Source: Eutreptiella sp. 'Long Island Sound 2002'
Lineage: Eukaryota > Protista > Euglenida
Direction: 5' to 3'
DNA length: 64,000 bases
Assembly: GCA_964036045.1 (NCBI GenBank)
Contig: OZ038378.1
Span: 30,442,001 to 30,506,000, forward strand
A program made the position numbers and the translations under genes. This document shows, one piece after another, positions 26,110-37,633 of the stretch. The first letter of the stretch is position 1. Every line of letters starts with the position of its first letter. The notes below the pieces were generated by a model. The model had not been told where the DNA came from. It did not search any database and was given only the letters and a program-made list of their open reading frames with translations.

Positions 26110-26740
26110 ACCCAACACCGAAAGCTTCCTCGTTCCTCAAACACCGCCCGGGCGGGAAGCGCACCTGCCGCACTCGCAGAAGGAGCGCTCTTGCTGAAGA
26201 AATCTTTCGGGCCCTTGTGCGCGTATTTGATCTCCACGCGATTCGCACCAATCATCAGCCGCTACAGCCGATGTTTGGCGCGCGTCGCATCGGCCATCGA
26301 GCAGAAGTACGGAAAGGCGTAGCCCTTGAACTCGCCGTGGGCGTTTTGGGTCCACTTGACCCCGATCAAGCCGTCCTGATCGTGCAGCATCCCACACACC
26401 TCCTCATAAGTGGTGCTCTTCAGGATGTTGAAGAGGGCGAGGCCGTTGGAGCTCCACCCTTTGTGTTGGTGCCCCTTCAGCGCGACGCGGCACCACACGC
26501 CGCGGATGTTCTGCTCCGGCTCCTCGGACGCAGCGACCGCAGAGGCCTCCGCCGCGAAGGTAATGAAGGCGTAGGCGGGCGTGCCGGGCTTGATCACCAC
26601 CGCGTCAATGTCCCCGAACTTCACGAAGGTGCCTTGAAGTTCGCCATACGAGCAGTACATTGGCTGCACTTTGACGGTGAAAAAGCCTGGATGCCCCGGA
26701 CTGCCACCGTCCGCCGGTGCATCGCTACGTTCTTCGGACA
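26110..26740 (-). pseudogene. Two-RRM RNA-binding protein reading frame with one in-frame TAG
   Basis: RRM1: FTVKVQP..LQGTFVKFGDIDAVVIKPGTPAYAFITFAAEASAVAA. RRM2: LALFNILKSTTYEEV..GEFKGYAFPYFCSMADATRAKHRL*RLMIGANRVEIKYA (RNP1 KGYAF). Stop at 26262-26264. Confidence 0.75.
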
Positions 26741-27534
26741 CTGCACCACGTTTGCATGGCACGGCACAGAGGACAAACCGCACAGCCAAAAACGCGCGAC
26801 GCCAAACAAAGTACACATCATATCATACAATGCTCAGCCACTCCTCAAAGAGAAGTGGACAATGTATGTATGCTATATATACGGTGATACAGGCTGCGTT
26901 TGTTTTGTTCAGCATGGACCACCGTGTGAATGATTGTACCGGACTGTGCAGAGCTCTTGCAGAACACACGGAACTGTAGGCCTTGGGTGGTCGAGCAAGC
27001 AACACACGCAGACGAGCACACAAGCACCAAACTTCAACAAAGCTGCTTGTGTGGGAAGAGGGAATAAGTGTCTGTCGCTCCCAAGTTGGAGCATTTGTTG
27101 TGACATTCAGACGTCTCCTCAGTGGCCTAGCAAGCACACACGCCAACGAGCACACAAGCACCAAACTTCAAAAGATTTTCAACTATGTACATTGCTCCGC
27201 CACTCCTCAAAGAGAAGCTACCCCGGCTACCAAGGCTACGCGTGGCCAATCACAAGTCCCCGATCGCGGGACTGACTCACGGAGCGCCGGGTCCCCCCCC
27301 CCTCCCCCCATAAAATGGACAGTGCCCACCCCCCCCATAAAATGGACAGTGGTGCAGCAAAGCAGTGGTTGGGAAGGATAGTAGTTAATCTAAATACATA
27401 TATTCTGGTGATGGCTTTGGCTTCGGCTTGGGCTTCGGCTTGGATGCATCATCACTGCAACGAAATTTTTTGGGTCGTTCAATTGGTGCAGCAGAGCTGC
27501 TTTCGCCAGTCGATTGCAGTAGTACATCCACCAT

Positions 27535-29966
27535 TCAGTGGCAACTAATGGCAGGGGGGTCACCAGAAATGGGGCCAGGCATTGAGGCAGGCTTGGGACA
27601 GGGTGGTGCCTGCGGCCCACGTGTGGCAGCCAGTGTGCCAGACGTTTGATTAGGTTTGGGACAGGCTGGTGGACGTGGGGCACCGTGTGTGCCAGGAACA
27701 GTAACAGACTTTGGGCTGGGCTTGGGCACAGGTGGTGACTGTGGCTCCGCTTTTTGGGTGTCGCTGTCGCTGCTGCTGCTACAACTGCTTTGTGAACTCT
27801 CACTGCCACCACTGCCACTACTTTCACTCTGGCTGTCACTACTATCGGATGAGGAGCTCTGTGCATCCAACTCCGAAGCGCTAGGGTCCAACACAATTGG
27901 CTGGGCCAACCGACATTGGCGGACTAGCATCACTCGTCGGGCTGGCAGGCCCTCGCACGTATCACGAGGGGCAAAATCCCTACCCGCAGCCTCGACCACG
28001 GCAGGGCGCGGCTGCTTTTTCTTGTTTCGTCGGCCTTTACGGGAGCTGAAGGTGCGCAGACTGCCTAAACCCAGAAACGGCCAAGAAACAACCACATCCC
28101 AGTTAATAGGGATCCAGTGGCGCACCCGGGGCAACTGGGTGCTGCACAGGCCGCAGATGCAATAGACATCAACACTTGGCTGCGTTGAGCCAGGGAACCC
28201 TAGTTTGACAGATTTTGTGGCCACGTCCATTGCGCAGAAACAGCCACCAGTTGCAACACCACATTGGACAATGCGCACTAGCATGTCACGCCAACACTCA
28301 GTGGCCAGAACAGTACAGGGCTGCAGCAGAATCGCCCGCACCTCGGGGTGCCAGTGCTCCACAAGATTTCTTTTTTTTACCCTTTTCAAGAACTGCACGT
28401 AATGTTCATGCTGCAGGGTCTCCCGGATACTTTCGGAATTCTCCGTGCTGGTGACCCCGACAAAGCGCTTGGCCACTGCGAGCCATGCTTGCCCCCCCTC
28501 GTCTTGAACGTGCACAGGAAGACGCGGGTAATCAAAAAAGTGTGTCATCCCATGTGCGTACAATGTGCATGTGCTACCCCCCTCACACATCTCAGTGATT
28601 AGGAGGGTTAAATACACATGCACTTTACCCCGTGTGGACCATACACATGGTGGCATGTGCTTCGTCCCATACAACATGGATACAATATGACAGAAGCTCA
28701 GAAACAAATGATGGAGGGGGGAGAGCAATTTGCCTGTTTGCACAACCATTGGGAACAATGTGCGCACCTCTCGCCCCGTGAGTGACAACCTGAACGGAAG
28801 CAGCTGCGCGTCTTGGATTGGAACTGTTTTGTGTGTGGATCCATTTGTAGCTCATAGCGGCGAGCAACAGCTACCACAAGCACCAAAAACGCGCACGACT
28901 CGATAGTGGGCAGTGTGCGTCCCACAACCCCTACTATTCGGCTCCCAAAGCCTTTAATGTTATGCAATACAGGCTGCACTGCCTGTACCTGGGCTAAGTT
29001 GGACAACCCAGCCAGACGGACAGAGTAGCTGTCTAAATGAAGTGGCGCCGTAGTGAAAAGGTTGGCAAGATGGTTCTTTGTATCCCATTGGCATGAGCAA
29101 CAACCCTGTCCATTCTGCAAGTCAGACCACATCTGGTGATGGTCGGCCATGAGGAAGCGCAACTGTAGCTTGAGCTGAACAACGTGGCGCGTGCCGGCGA
29201 CAAGAACGGGAAGCCTGACCGTTGTGGCCTGCAATTTTTTTATCTCCTGGACGCGCCCATTAACGACCCAGGACGCCCAGTCAGCAGGGGGGAGTTCACT
29301 CCATGTTAGGAGGGAGGTGGCAGAAGGCATTCCCTCAACAAGATCAAAAAGCTGACCTGCCAAATCCAGGATGGCAACCTTAACATTGTAGTTGCTTCTG
29401 CCGCGGGGGTCATAGCCATCAGAAAACAATACAACCTGCAGGGTAGCTTCTAAAGGGGGGGGGGTGTTGCGGACAAGCCTTGGGCCTTGGTGTTTGAGTA
29501 GAAGGCCGCAGACTTGTAGGAGCAGGGACTCGTTGTTTAACCAGCGGTCTACACTGGGAATCTGGATTGCCTCCTCCATGTGCACGTTACCCGTAGTCCA
29601 AGGGAGGTTTGGGACTAGGGCACGCAACCGCTGCATCACACGACTTGACAACTGCAACTCATGTCATGCTTCCACCACACTGCTACGCGGGGGGGCACTT
29701 GGGGGGGGTGGTGCTACATTGGGCACGTGCCGCAAGATCCGGTGGCGTACAGTAAGGCCACTTGGGCCGCCTTGCGTCACACGCAGGACGTCTTCGATTT
29801 GCCACTGCGGAACGGCATCTGCATTCGGCAGCTCCAAGAGACGGCGCACGTCATCACGATGCACATGCCCTTGACCCCACAAATGCCGGAGAGCTCCTTC
29901 CCAAGTGCAGCTGCCGCTAACGTACCACACGACGTGGTTCACAACAAATTCATGGGAGTGATGCAT
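27535..29966 (-). pseudogene. DDE-type transposase resembling the RAG1/Transib/CMC group; two frameshifts
   Basis: Ordered motifs: VVLFSDGYD (D ~29419), LRFLMADHH..GCCSCQW (D ~29143 plus CxxC), PVLHNIKG (~28962), LTGREVRTLF (~28780), TLYAHGMTH..QDEGGQAWLAVAKRF (~28495). Built from ORFs 29664-29966, 28698-29657 and 27535-28788. Confidence 0.6.
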
Positions 29967-29979
29967 CTGCAGGAGGGAA

Positions 29980-32900
29980 CATGTCCTTTTTGGCGGATGG
30001 TCTGCACCGGCTGTTACACATGTCTCCTATTTGTCCTTTTCGGCGGATGGTCTGCACAAGCGTTTACACATGTCCGCTACGTGTCCTTTTCGGCGGATGG
30101 TCTGCACAGGCGTTTACACATGTCCCCCACGTGTCCTTTTCGGCGGATGGTGTGCACAGGGGTTTACACAATTTTCCTACTTGTCCTTTTCGGCGGATGG
30201 TCTGCACAGGCGTTTACACAATTTTCCTGCTTGTCATTTTCGTCTGATGGTCTGCACAGGCCATTACGCTTCTTTCTAACTTGTCCTTTTCATGCTTTCA
30301 GGCCGGACACATCTCTCTTGTCCTTTTCATCGAGGGATGGTGGTGTTGAAAAACACCGTTGTGGCACCGTGGCGCCTTGGGGCTCACTCACCCCCAGAAG
30401 GGGCGAATGACCCCGCGGTCGGCCCGTCGGTAGGCCGACCGGCGGGGCGGGGCTGAGGCTGCTGGGGCGACCCCACCTCGTCGCTGGGCATGCTGCCCAA
30501 CATCCGCTCGCCAAACAAAGTGGCGAGGGTCTCCTTCCTCTCTTCCTTAAAGGGGATGATCCTCCGCACCCTGTTGCCCTGCTTTTCTTCATTCCCCTCT
30601 TCCTTCTTTGCCTTCCCTTCGAAGGGGATGGTCCTCTGCACCTTCTTCTCCTGCTTTTCCTCCCTCTCCTCTCTCTTCTTCGCCTTGAAGGCAATAATCT
30701 TCTGCACCTTCTTCTCCCTCTTCTCTTCATTCTTATGCTCTTCCTTTCTTTTCCTTTCTTTCCCAGGCATTTTTGTATAGCGGATGGTCTGCACAGGCGT
30801 TACACATGACTCCTGCTTTGCTCAGGCGATTACACAATTGTCCTACTTGTCCTTTTGGGCGGATGGTCTGCTTTTCGGCCTGACACAATCACACATGACT
30901 CCTACTTGTCCTTTTCGGCGGATGGTCTACACATGACTCCTACTTGTCCTTTTCGGCGGATGGTCTGCTCAGGCGATTGCACAATCTTTTCGGCGGCCCT
31001 TGGTTTTCCTAGTTATGTGGTATGGCAGCTGGTTGGTCTAGAGGTATGTGCATGTTCACTACGTTTCGAAACCCTGGGTTCAAACTCTTGCATACACACT
31101 GTGTCTCCATCGTAGGAAGAGGAACCGCAAGACCAGGGGCCCACAAAAGAGGGGGAGGACAAGCTTACCCCATGGGGCGCAACCAACAAATACAGGCGCT
31201 GAAGATAGGCAATCAAATGCGATCACCAGCAGCCCTTCATTTTTGGCAATAACGCCTACCGAGGGCTGGTCTGTTGTGGCTGTCCCAGCGTGGGCTGGGC
31301 TGGTCTTGTTGGAGTCACCATCCCTGTGCCGGAGGCTGTTCGACGACGAGGTGGCTGGTGCTGGGGTGGAGCTATTGTTGGAGTTGGCCAAGCCAGAGTT
31401 CGAACCAACGAGCCCTGCCGCCGGAGTCTACGCCCATAACCACTCATCCACAGACGAACGTTGCTCCGTTCGGTTGCCGTAACCTGAACCACCCCTCCCT
31501 TGCAAAGAGCATCACTGCACCCAAACAGCATGTTGAATGCAAAGTTGAATGCAAAGTGCATTGAAAGTGCATTTGCTCAGGGATTTGTCCTACTTGTCCT
31601 TTTCGGTTACACAATTGTCCTACTTGTCCTTTTCGGCGGATGGTCTGCACAGGCGTTTACACATGACTCATACTCCTTTTCGGCGGATGGTTTGCTCAGG
31701 CGTTTACAATTGTCCTCAAATGTCATCAGTTCATGAACAACATTTGCACTACTGTGGTATCGTTTCGTGCTTGGTCTAGTGGTGTGCTACATGTGCCTGT
31801 GTTCCGTGTTCGTAGGTTCAATTCCCGAAGAATACAAAGCAAACGTGCAAGGATGATGCGCTATGGCGTACCGGAAGCGGATCTGCCAATGGGCAAGGCA
31901 CATATGAAAAGGCGCTAAAGACAGGTTTTTCCAGACACATCTCTATCTCTCCGAAGGGGTCACACATGTCTCCGACAGGCCATTACACATCCTTGTCCAC
32001 CTACACATCTTGCGGTCTCTCCTACATGTCCTTTTCGGCGGAGGGTCTGCACCGCTCTACTCCTCTTCGGCGTCCTTTTCGGCGGATGGTGTGCACGGGC
32101 CATTACCTACTTGTCCTTTTCGGCGGATGGTCTGCAAAGGGGTCACACATGTCTCCTACAGGCCATTACACATCTTGCTGTCTCTCCTACAGGGTCTGCA
32201 CCGCTCTACTCCTCGGCGGATGGTCTGCAAAGGCCATTACCTACTTGTCCTTTTCGGCGGATGGTCTCCAGAGCTCCCCTACTTGTCCTTTTCGGTGAGA
32301 GGTCTCCAATACTTGTTCCGGGCTCTCCTACTTGTCCTTCCGTCTCGACAGGCTCGACACATGGTCTGCACCTACATCTCCCCTACGTCCTTTTGTCCTT
32401 TTCGGCGGATGTTTTGCACATACTCTCCTACGTGTCCCCTTTCACCCGTTGGCACGCGGTTTGGGCACACACCAGCTGCAGCGCGTTGTCGTCGTCGTCA
32501 CTTGGCGGCGTTGCCTGCCTCTGGGCCTGGGGCTTCGGCTTCGGCGGGTGGGGCGCCGGCTCTACTGGGGGCTTCGGCTTCGGCGGGTGGGGCGCCGGCT
32601 CTGCGGGGGGCTTCGGCTGCCCGGGGTTCCCTACGTTCGTCGCGGGCTGAGAGAAAAGAGGATGGTGCAATTCGGCTGATGATCTGCACGTGTCCTTTTC
32701 GGCGGATGGTCTGTTACACATGTCTCCTATTCGCCGTTACACGTGTCCTTTTCGGCGGATGGTCTACACGTTTCCTTTTCGGCGGATGGTCTGTTACACA
32801 TGTCTCCTATTTGCCGTTACACATGTCCTTTTCGGCGGATGGTCTGCACGTGTCCTTTTCGGCGGATGGTCTGTTACACCTTTCACTCCTGGGGCTGCCT

Positions 32901-33140
32901 GACCCCGCCCAAACGGGCACGCATCGCGCTTGGCGAGCAAGGGCGTAGGCCCTCCCCTGGTTAGTGTGCACCACTGCCACCTGTGCGTGTTTCGCCGCCT
33001 TGGGGCCATCAATCACCTCCTTACCCAACTCTGCTGCTGCTATTTGCCCTTTTCGGCGGATGGTCCGCGAGGCCCATAACCTGTCCTTTTGGCGTTTACA
33101 CATTTTGGCGGATGGTCTGCACATGCTGTGTTTTGGCGAA
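29980..33140. repeat. Interspersed satellite with core CTACTTGTCCTTTTCGGCGGATGGTCTGCAC
   Basis: Dozens of same-orientation copies in clusters at 29980-30330, 30780-30990, 31580-31720, 31960-32440 and 32690-33140. Confidence 0.9.
30384..30794 (-). CDS. Lys/Glu/Arg-rich ORF or exon with three internal repeats
   Basis: KKVQKIIAFK / KKVQRTIPFE / NRVRRIIPFK, separated by charged spacers; bounded by satellite clusters. Confidence 0.35.
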   Translation of the reverse strand: MQTIRYTKMPGKERKRKEEHKNEEKREKKVQKIIAFKAKKREEREEKQEKKVQRTIPFEGKAKKEEGNEEKQGNRVRRIIPFKEERKETLATLFGERMLGSMPSDEVGSPQQPQPRPAGRPTDGPTAGSFAPSGGE

Positions 33141-33329
33141 TGGTCTACACAGGCCATTACAGGAATGGTGCCGACCCTGCACCCTACATTGCCTCAGGCC
33201 CGACAGCATACCTTATACGCTGGGTTGTCCTTGTGGAACCTCGACATTAAAACTTTTTGGGCTCATCTGTGGCCCTTGCCATCAAAAAGGGGAAAGGCTG
33301 CACACAGGCACGGAACAAGAGCACAACAG

Positions 33330-35353
33330 CTACCCTTGCCTTCCCCTTCCCTGAAGAGTACCTACATTAAAATACGTGATGCGACGTCTTGCTCGAGGGG
33401 GGCCTTCTACGGGATTTCGGTTGTCCTCTCTCCCTCTAGCAATGTCCATGAGGGTAGGATATCCCTTGGGGGGGCTGAGTGCCCTTGGTCGTGCGCAGGG
33501 GGGTTGCGCCAATGAAGGGTTACCATTCATGGGTTGGGGGTTGACGTTACGAAGAGGCAGCATAGATGTCCTCCGGTTTGCGGCCAGCTGCGTGAGGGAT
33601 GGCTGACTAGGGGATTTGACTATGGTTTCTATGCTGTGTGCTGTGGTCCGGGGGGTCTGGGGTGGAGGAGCTGGGTGGTGGAGGTAGTATTCCCTACGCA
33701 TCAGACGCAAGGCACGTTTCTCACTGCGTGTCACAAACGAGGAGCGAGACACACGCATCCCCTGTTCCCACAGAAGCAGCGGGCCTTGACGCTCCACTGC
33801 AAATGAGTACCTCCTAAGATTAAACATCACGAGCTGCTCCCATGACGGGTATTCGGCAAGGGTGTGCCGGGAGAGGTAGTACTGTGTCCGGGGTTGATGG
33901 GGTCTCCTAATGTGACCGCTGGTGGTGTGGGGGGGTGGGCAGGCACAAGGCGTGGCCCGCGGACTGGGGACGACAACAGGACCGGGGGCGGTGGTGAAGG
34001 AGCTGGGGGCGGGGGGGAGAGAATGGGGGGTCAGGGCGACAGCGACGTGTTCAAATCTTTCTCAGCATCGCTATCCCAGTAGGGCTCAACAAAATCGCCG
34101 AACTCGAGCAGCTCCGGGAGGTCCCCCTAGCCCCCATCCAGACTGCCATCCGGGAGGAAGGGAAGGCATTGCAACATGTTAAAAACGTGAGCCATCCTAA
34201 TTGCAAAGCAGTGCGAAGCATCAGGGGATGGTTTGCACAGGCACCACAAAGCACCACAAATACCTAACCCTAGGGATACCTCTCTTTGCAAAGAACCGCG
34301 CGATGCCCAAAACCTCCGCTGGCCGTTTGCGCACGACGACTCCCTGTGGTGGTGCGCGGCAAAGCGCGAACTCAATTGCGTACACCCCCCCATCTGTCTC
34401 CACAATTGGCTCTACTGAGGTATCAGAGGCATCCCCAGCCGGTGCTCTAACACGTCGCAAAAACTGCCCAGGTCGCATTTCGTCGTCAATGGTGACGTGC
34501 TCGCCCACATCGAACGTGGGGGCATGAACCCCCACAATTTGCGCGCTTGACGTACTGACCACAGAGGCACCAACCATATCCGCAAACGGGTCACACACAA
34601 TAAATCTCAAGTACTCATTTTTTGAATGCATGGACAGAAGTACTGGCATAGTGTCCACCACGGTTTTGCTGCGTGCACGCTTGACCTCCGGACATGAATC
34701 GGCATATGCAAGCACCAGGGCATGGTGGAAGGCCATTTGCCGGATGGCCTTGTTGAGGGCAAAAGCTGCCTTGACGTGCTCCGTAGCATTTTGTGGCAGG
34801 ATGGGGAGCTCTTCGGGGGGATGCTGTTCTAGGAGTTTCCAGGCTTCCCACTTTTCCCTCTGCTCCTTGGGGGCCTCTTCTGGCGGTTCCACCCCATCTT
34901 CCGCGGTGGGTGCACGAATTTGTAGATGTCGGTACACTGTCCCAAAGCTGCCAACGTAACGGGTAGGGGTGGTGTCATCCCTTGCCTCGGCGGCAGTGCG
35001 GCGCGGGACCCCCAACCGGGCGTTCACGGCTCTCATCAGGACCGTGTCCTTGGATTTCAGCTTTTTGAAAAGACTGCGCAGGCATCGTAGCCTCCAAAAA
35101 GAGGCGTGGCAGGTGTGGTTGCACGTAGCAACCGGGGGGGGGGGGTGAAGCACAGGAGGGCGATGGCCCGTTGCAGCTCCGCGCGCAACACGTAGTCGGG
35201 GCGCTCCCCCACGGGCACTGCGTCCACATTGATCTCCTCCATGTTGAAAAAGTCATCAGGGGGTGATGCAAAGCCGGCCCTACCACTTGCACTGCCAGTG
35301 GCGGGGCTGGGACTGAACGTGTCACTGGCGGATGAGGACATTGCTGCAAACAA
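33330..35353 (-). CDS. Unknown protein-coding region (ORFs 35353-35057, 35153-34221, 33830-33330)
   Basis: The 310-aa ORF has globular-looking composition. It joins the upstream ORF by a frameshift in the G-run at ~35133-35145. No family recognised. Confidence 0.45.
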
Positions 35354-35799
35354 AGAACCCCAGGGGGTTGGCTCTGCTTTTTTTTGGGGGGGGGGCTCTA
35401 CCCATTACCTCGCAGATCCAAATTCCCATGCAAATTGTTGTCTCCCCATTAGGCGACTTTGGATACACACACACCAAGGCAAGCACGACAGAAAAAATGG
35501 CAGGCAGTCAGCCGAAGGTGGAGTACATCCAACACCGGCACCCACCAAGAAGAACCACATACTAGAATCACAGCCGACCTGGACTTGGGCGGACAGGGGA
35601 CCTCATCGGTGAGCAACATTATCATATGTTTCCATGGTCCCCCATCCGTCCAGTGCCATACCAATAGGCACCTTCATCGGACGCGGCCGGCACTTACGGG
35701 GCTCTCCGGTCAAAAAAAACACCGTTGAAGAGAGGGACTGGTATAGTGGGAAAGGCGGGGCAGCATGTTAACGCACCCCGGGGAGGCCGAGAGCGGCCT

Positions 35800-36160
35800 G
35801 TTTTGGTAGCCTGTTTTGGTGGCCTGTTTTGGTGGCCTGGTTTGGTGGCCTCTTTTGGCGGCCTTTTTTGGTGGCCTGTTTTGGCGGCTCTATTGAGGTA
35901 TCAAAGGTATCCACAGCGGTTGCTGAAATACGGTGCAAAAACTGGCAGGTGTCATCTCGTCGCCAATGGTGACGTGGTGGCCTGCTCTGGCGGCCTTTTT
36001 AGGTGGCCTGTTTTGGCTACATGTTTTGGCGGCCTGTTTTGGCGAGCTGTTTTGGCGGCCTGTTTTGACGGCCTGTTTTGACGGCCTATTTTGACGGCCT
36101 ATTTTGACGGCCTGTTTTGACGGCTTGTTTTGGCGGCCCGTCTTGGTGGCCTATTTTGGT
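35800..36160. repeat. ~14-bp tandem repeat
   Basis: GGCCTGTTTTG(G/A)(T/C)G-like units in two blocks (35800-35885 and 35980-36160). Confidence 0.85.
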
Positions 36161-36329
36161 ACAACGAAACAATCAACACGAACGCGATGCATACGTGTGG
36201 AATGACAGGGCCATACCTAAGAAGCTGCTCCCTGCTTTGACAACGCGGTCGTCCTAAACCACTTTGCCTTTTAGCGATTTGCTCCAGCAGTTAGGCGTGC
36301 CATGCAAGCGCTTGACAAGGACGGAGCTA

Positions 36330-36740
36330 CGGTATCAGACCTTGCATGCCAGCCCCCCATCCTAATTTGTGTGGGTGCCTTCCAATCATCATGTGCCGCC
36401 AGCAGAGGTATCAGACCTTGCCTGCCAGCCACCCATCCTAATTTTTGTGGGTGCCTTCCAACCATCATGTGCCGCCAGCAAGGGTATCAGGCCTTGCATG
36501 GCAGCCCCCAATCCTAATTTGTGTGGGTGCCTTCCAGCCATCATGTGCCGCCAACAGAGGTATCACACCTTGCATGGCAGCCCCCCATCCTAATTTGTGT
36601 GGGTACATTCCAACCATCATGTGCTGCCAGCACAAGTATCAGACCTTGCATGCCAGCCCCCCATCCTAATTTGTGTGGGTGCCTTCCAACCATCATTTGC
36701 TGCCAGCAGGGGTATCACACCTTGCATGCCAGCCCCCCCC
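36330..36740. repeat. 76-bp tandem repeat, 5-6 units
   Basis: CTTGC(A/C)TG at 36341, 36417, 36493, 36569, 36645 and 36721. Confidence 0.93.
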
Positions 36741-36980
36741 CCAGATTTTTCTGTGCAAATTCCAAGCACCTTCCGCTTCCGACGGAGGTGGCAAACCTTG
36801 CATGCAGTATCGCAGCCACGTAAGGAAGAGAGCCCGTCTTCTGGATTTCCGAGCACAATTTCCAAGCACAATTTCCAAGCGTCCTCCGGTACCCGAGCGT
36901 CGTCCAACCTTGCATGCAACATCGCGAGCACTTCCGTAACCGTGGACAACACCAAAATTTCCGAGCACTTCTAGAACATG

Positions 36981-37633
36981 GTTTCTGGTTGCCTAAGTTC
37001 GTGTGTGTATGTGGATTCGTGAATGTGTGTACGCGCAGATGTGTGTGTGTGTGTGTGTGTGTTTGTGTGTGTGTTGCAGCTATTGTTTTGGATGTTGTTG
37101 TTGGTTTTGGTGTTGTATGGCATAGGCTTTGATTGTGTGCGCATAACATTGTGTTTGTGGCTGCAGACGCAGGTATGGTCGTGTTTGTGGTTGTGGCTGT
37201 GGTTGTGGGCTTGCGTGAGGTTGTTGCCTAGCCGTGGTGGTAGGTGTCCTTGTGGGTGTGGTTATGGTAGTGGCTGTGGTTGCGGCTTTGGGTGTGGGTG
37301 TGGGTGTGGGTGTGGGTGTGGGTGTGTTTCTTGCAAGTTGTGTTGTGTGTCGATTTGGTTGTGGTTGTGTGAGTGTGTGTGGCCCTAGCTGTGGTGAAGG
37401 TTGCAGTTGCAGCTTTCACTGAGGCTGTAGCTTTTCTTTGGGTTCTGGCTGTAGCTGCGGGGCGGGGGGGGGGGTTAATAAGCTGCAAAGAGGGGGGCTC
37501 AATATACCATCCACCCCCTCCAAAATAAATGGCACCAAGTTTACAATGACAGTGTACAGTGACAATGTACAATGACAGTGTACAGTGAGAGCATACAGTG
37601 AGTGTAGAGAGACAGTGTAGAGTGCAAGTGTAG
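36981..37633. repeat. Inner inverted repeat, left arm part 1 (continues at 47081-47500; partner 48560-49624)
   Basis: GTTTCTGGTTG..TGTGGATTCGTGAATGTGTG through GCACCAAGTTTACA.. matches the reverse complement of 48950-49624. 47081-47498 matches the reverse complement of 48561-48950. Confidence 0.9.

Noticed and set aside
36330-36740. CRISPR-like appearance of the 76-bp, 100-bp (25060-25480) and 170-bp (51773-52315) arrays
   Set aside because: Whole units repeat with no unique spacers, no cas genes are present and the context is eukaryotic; these are tandem repeats.
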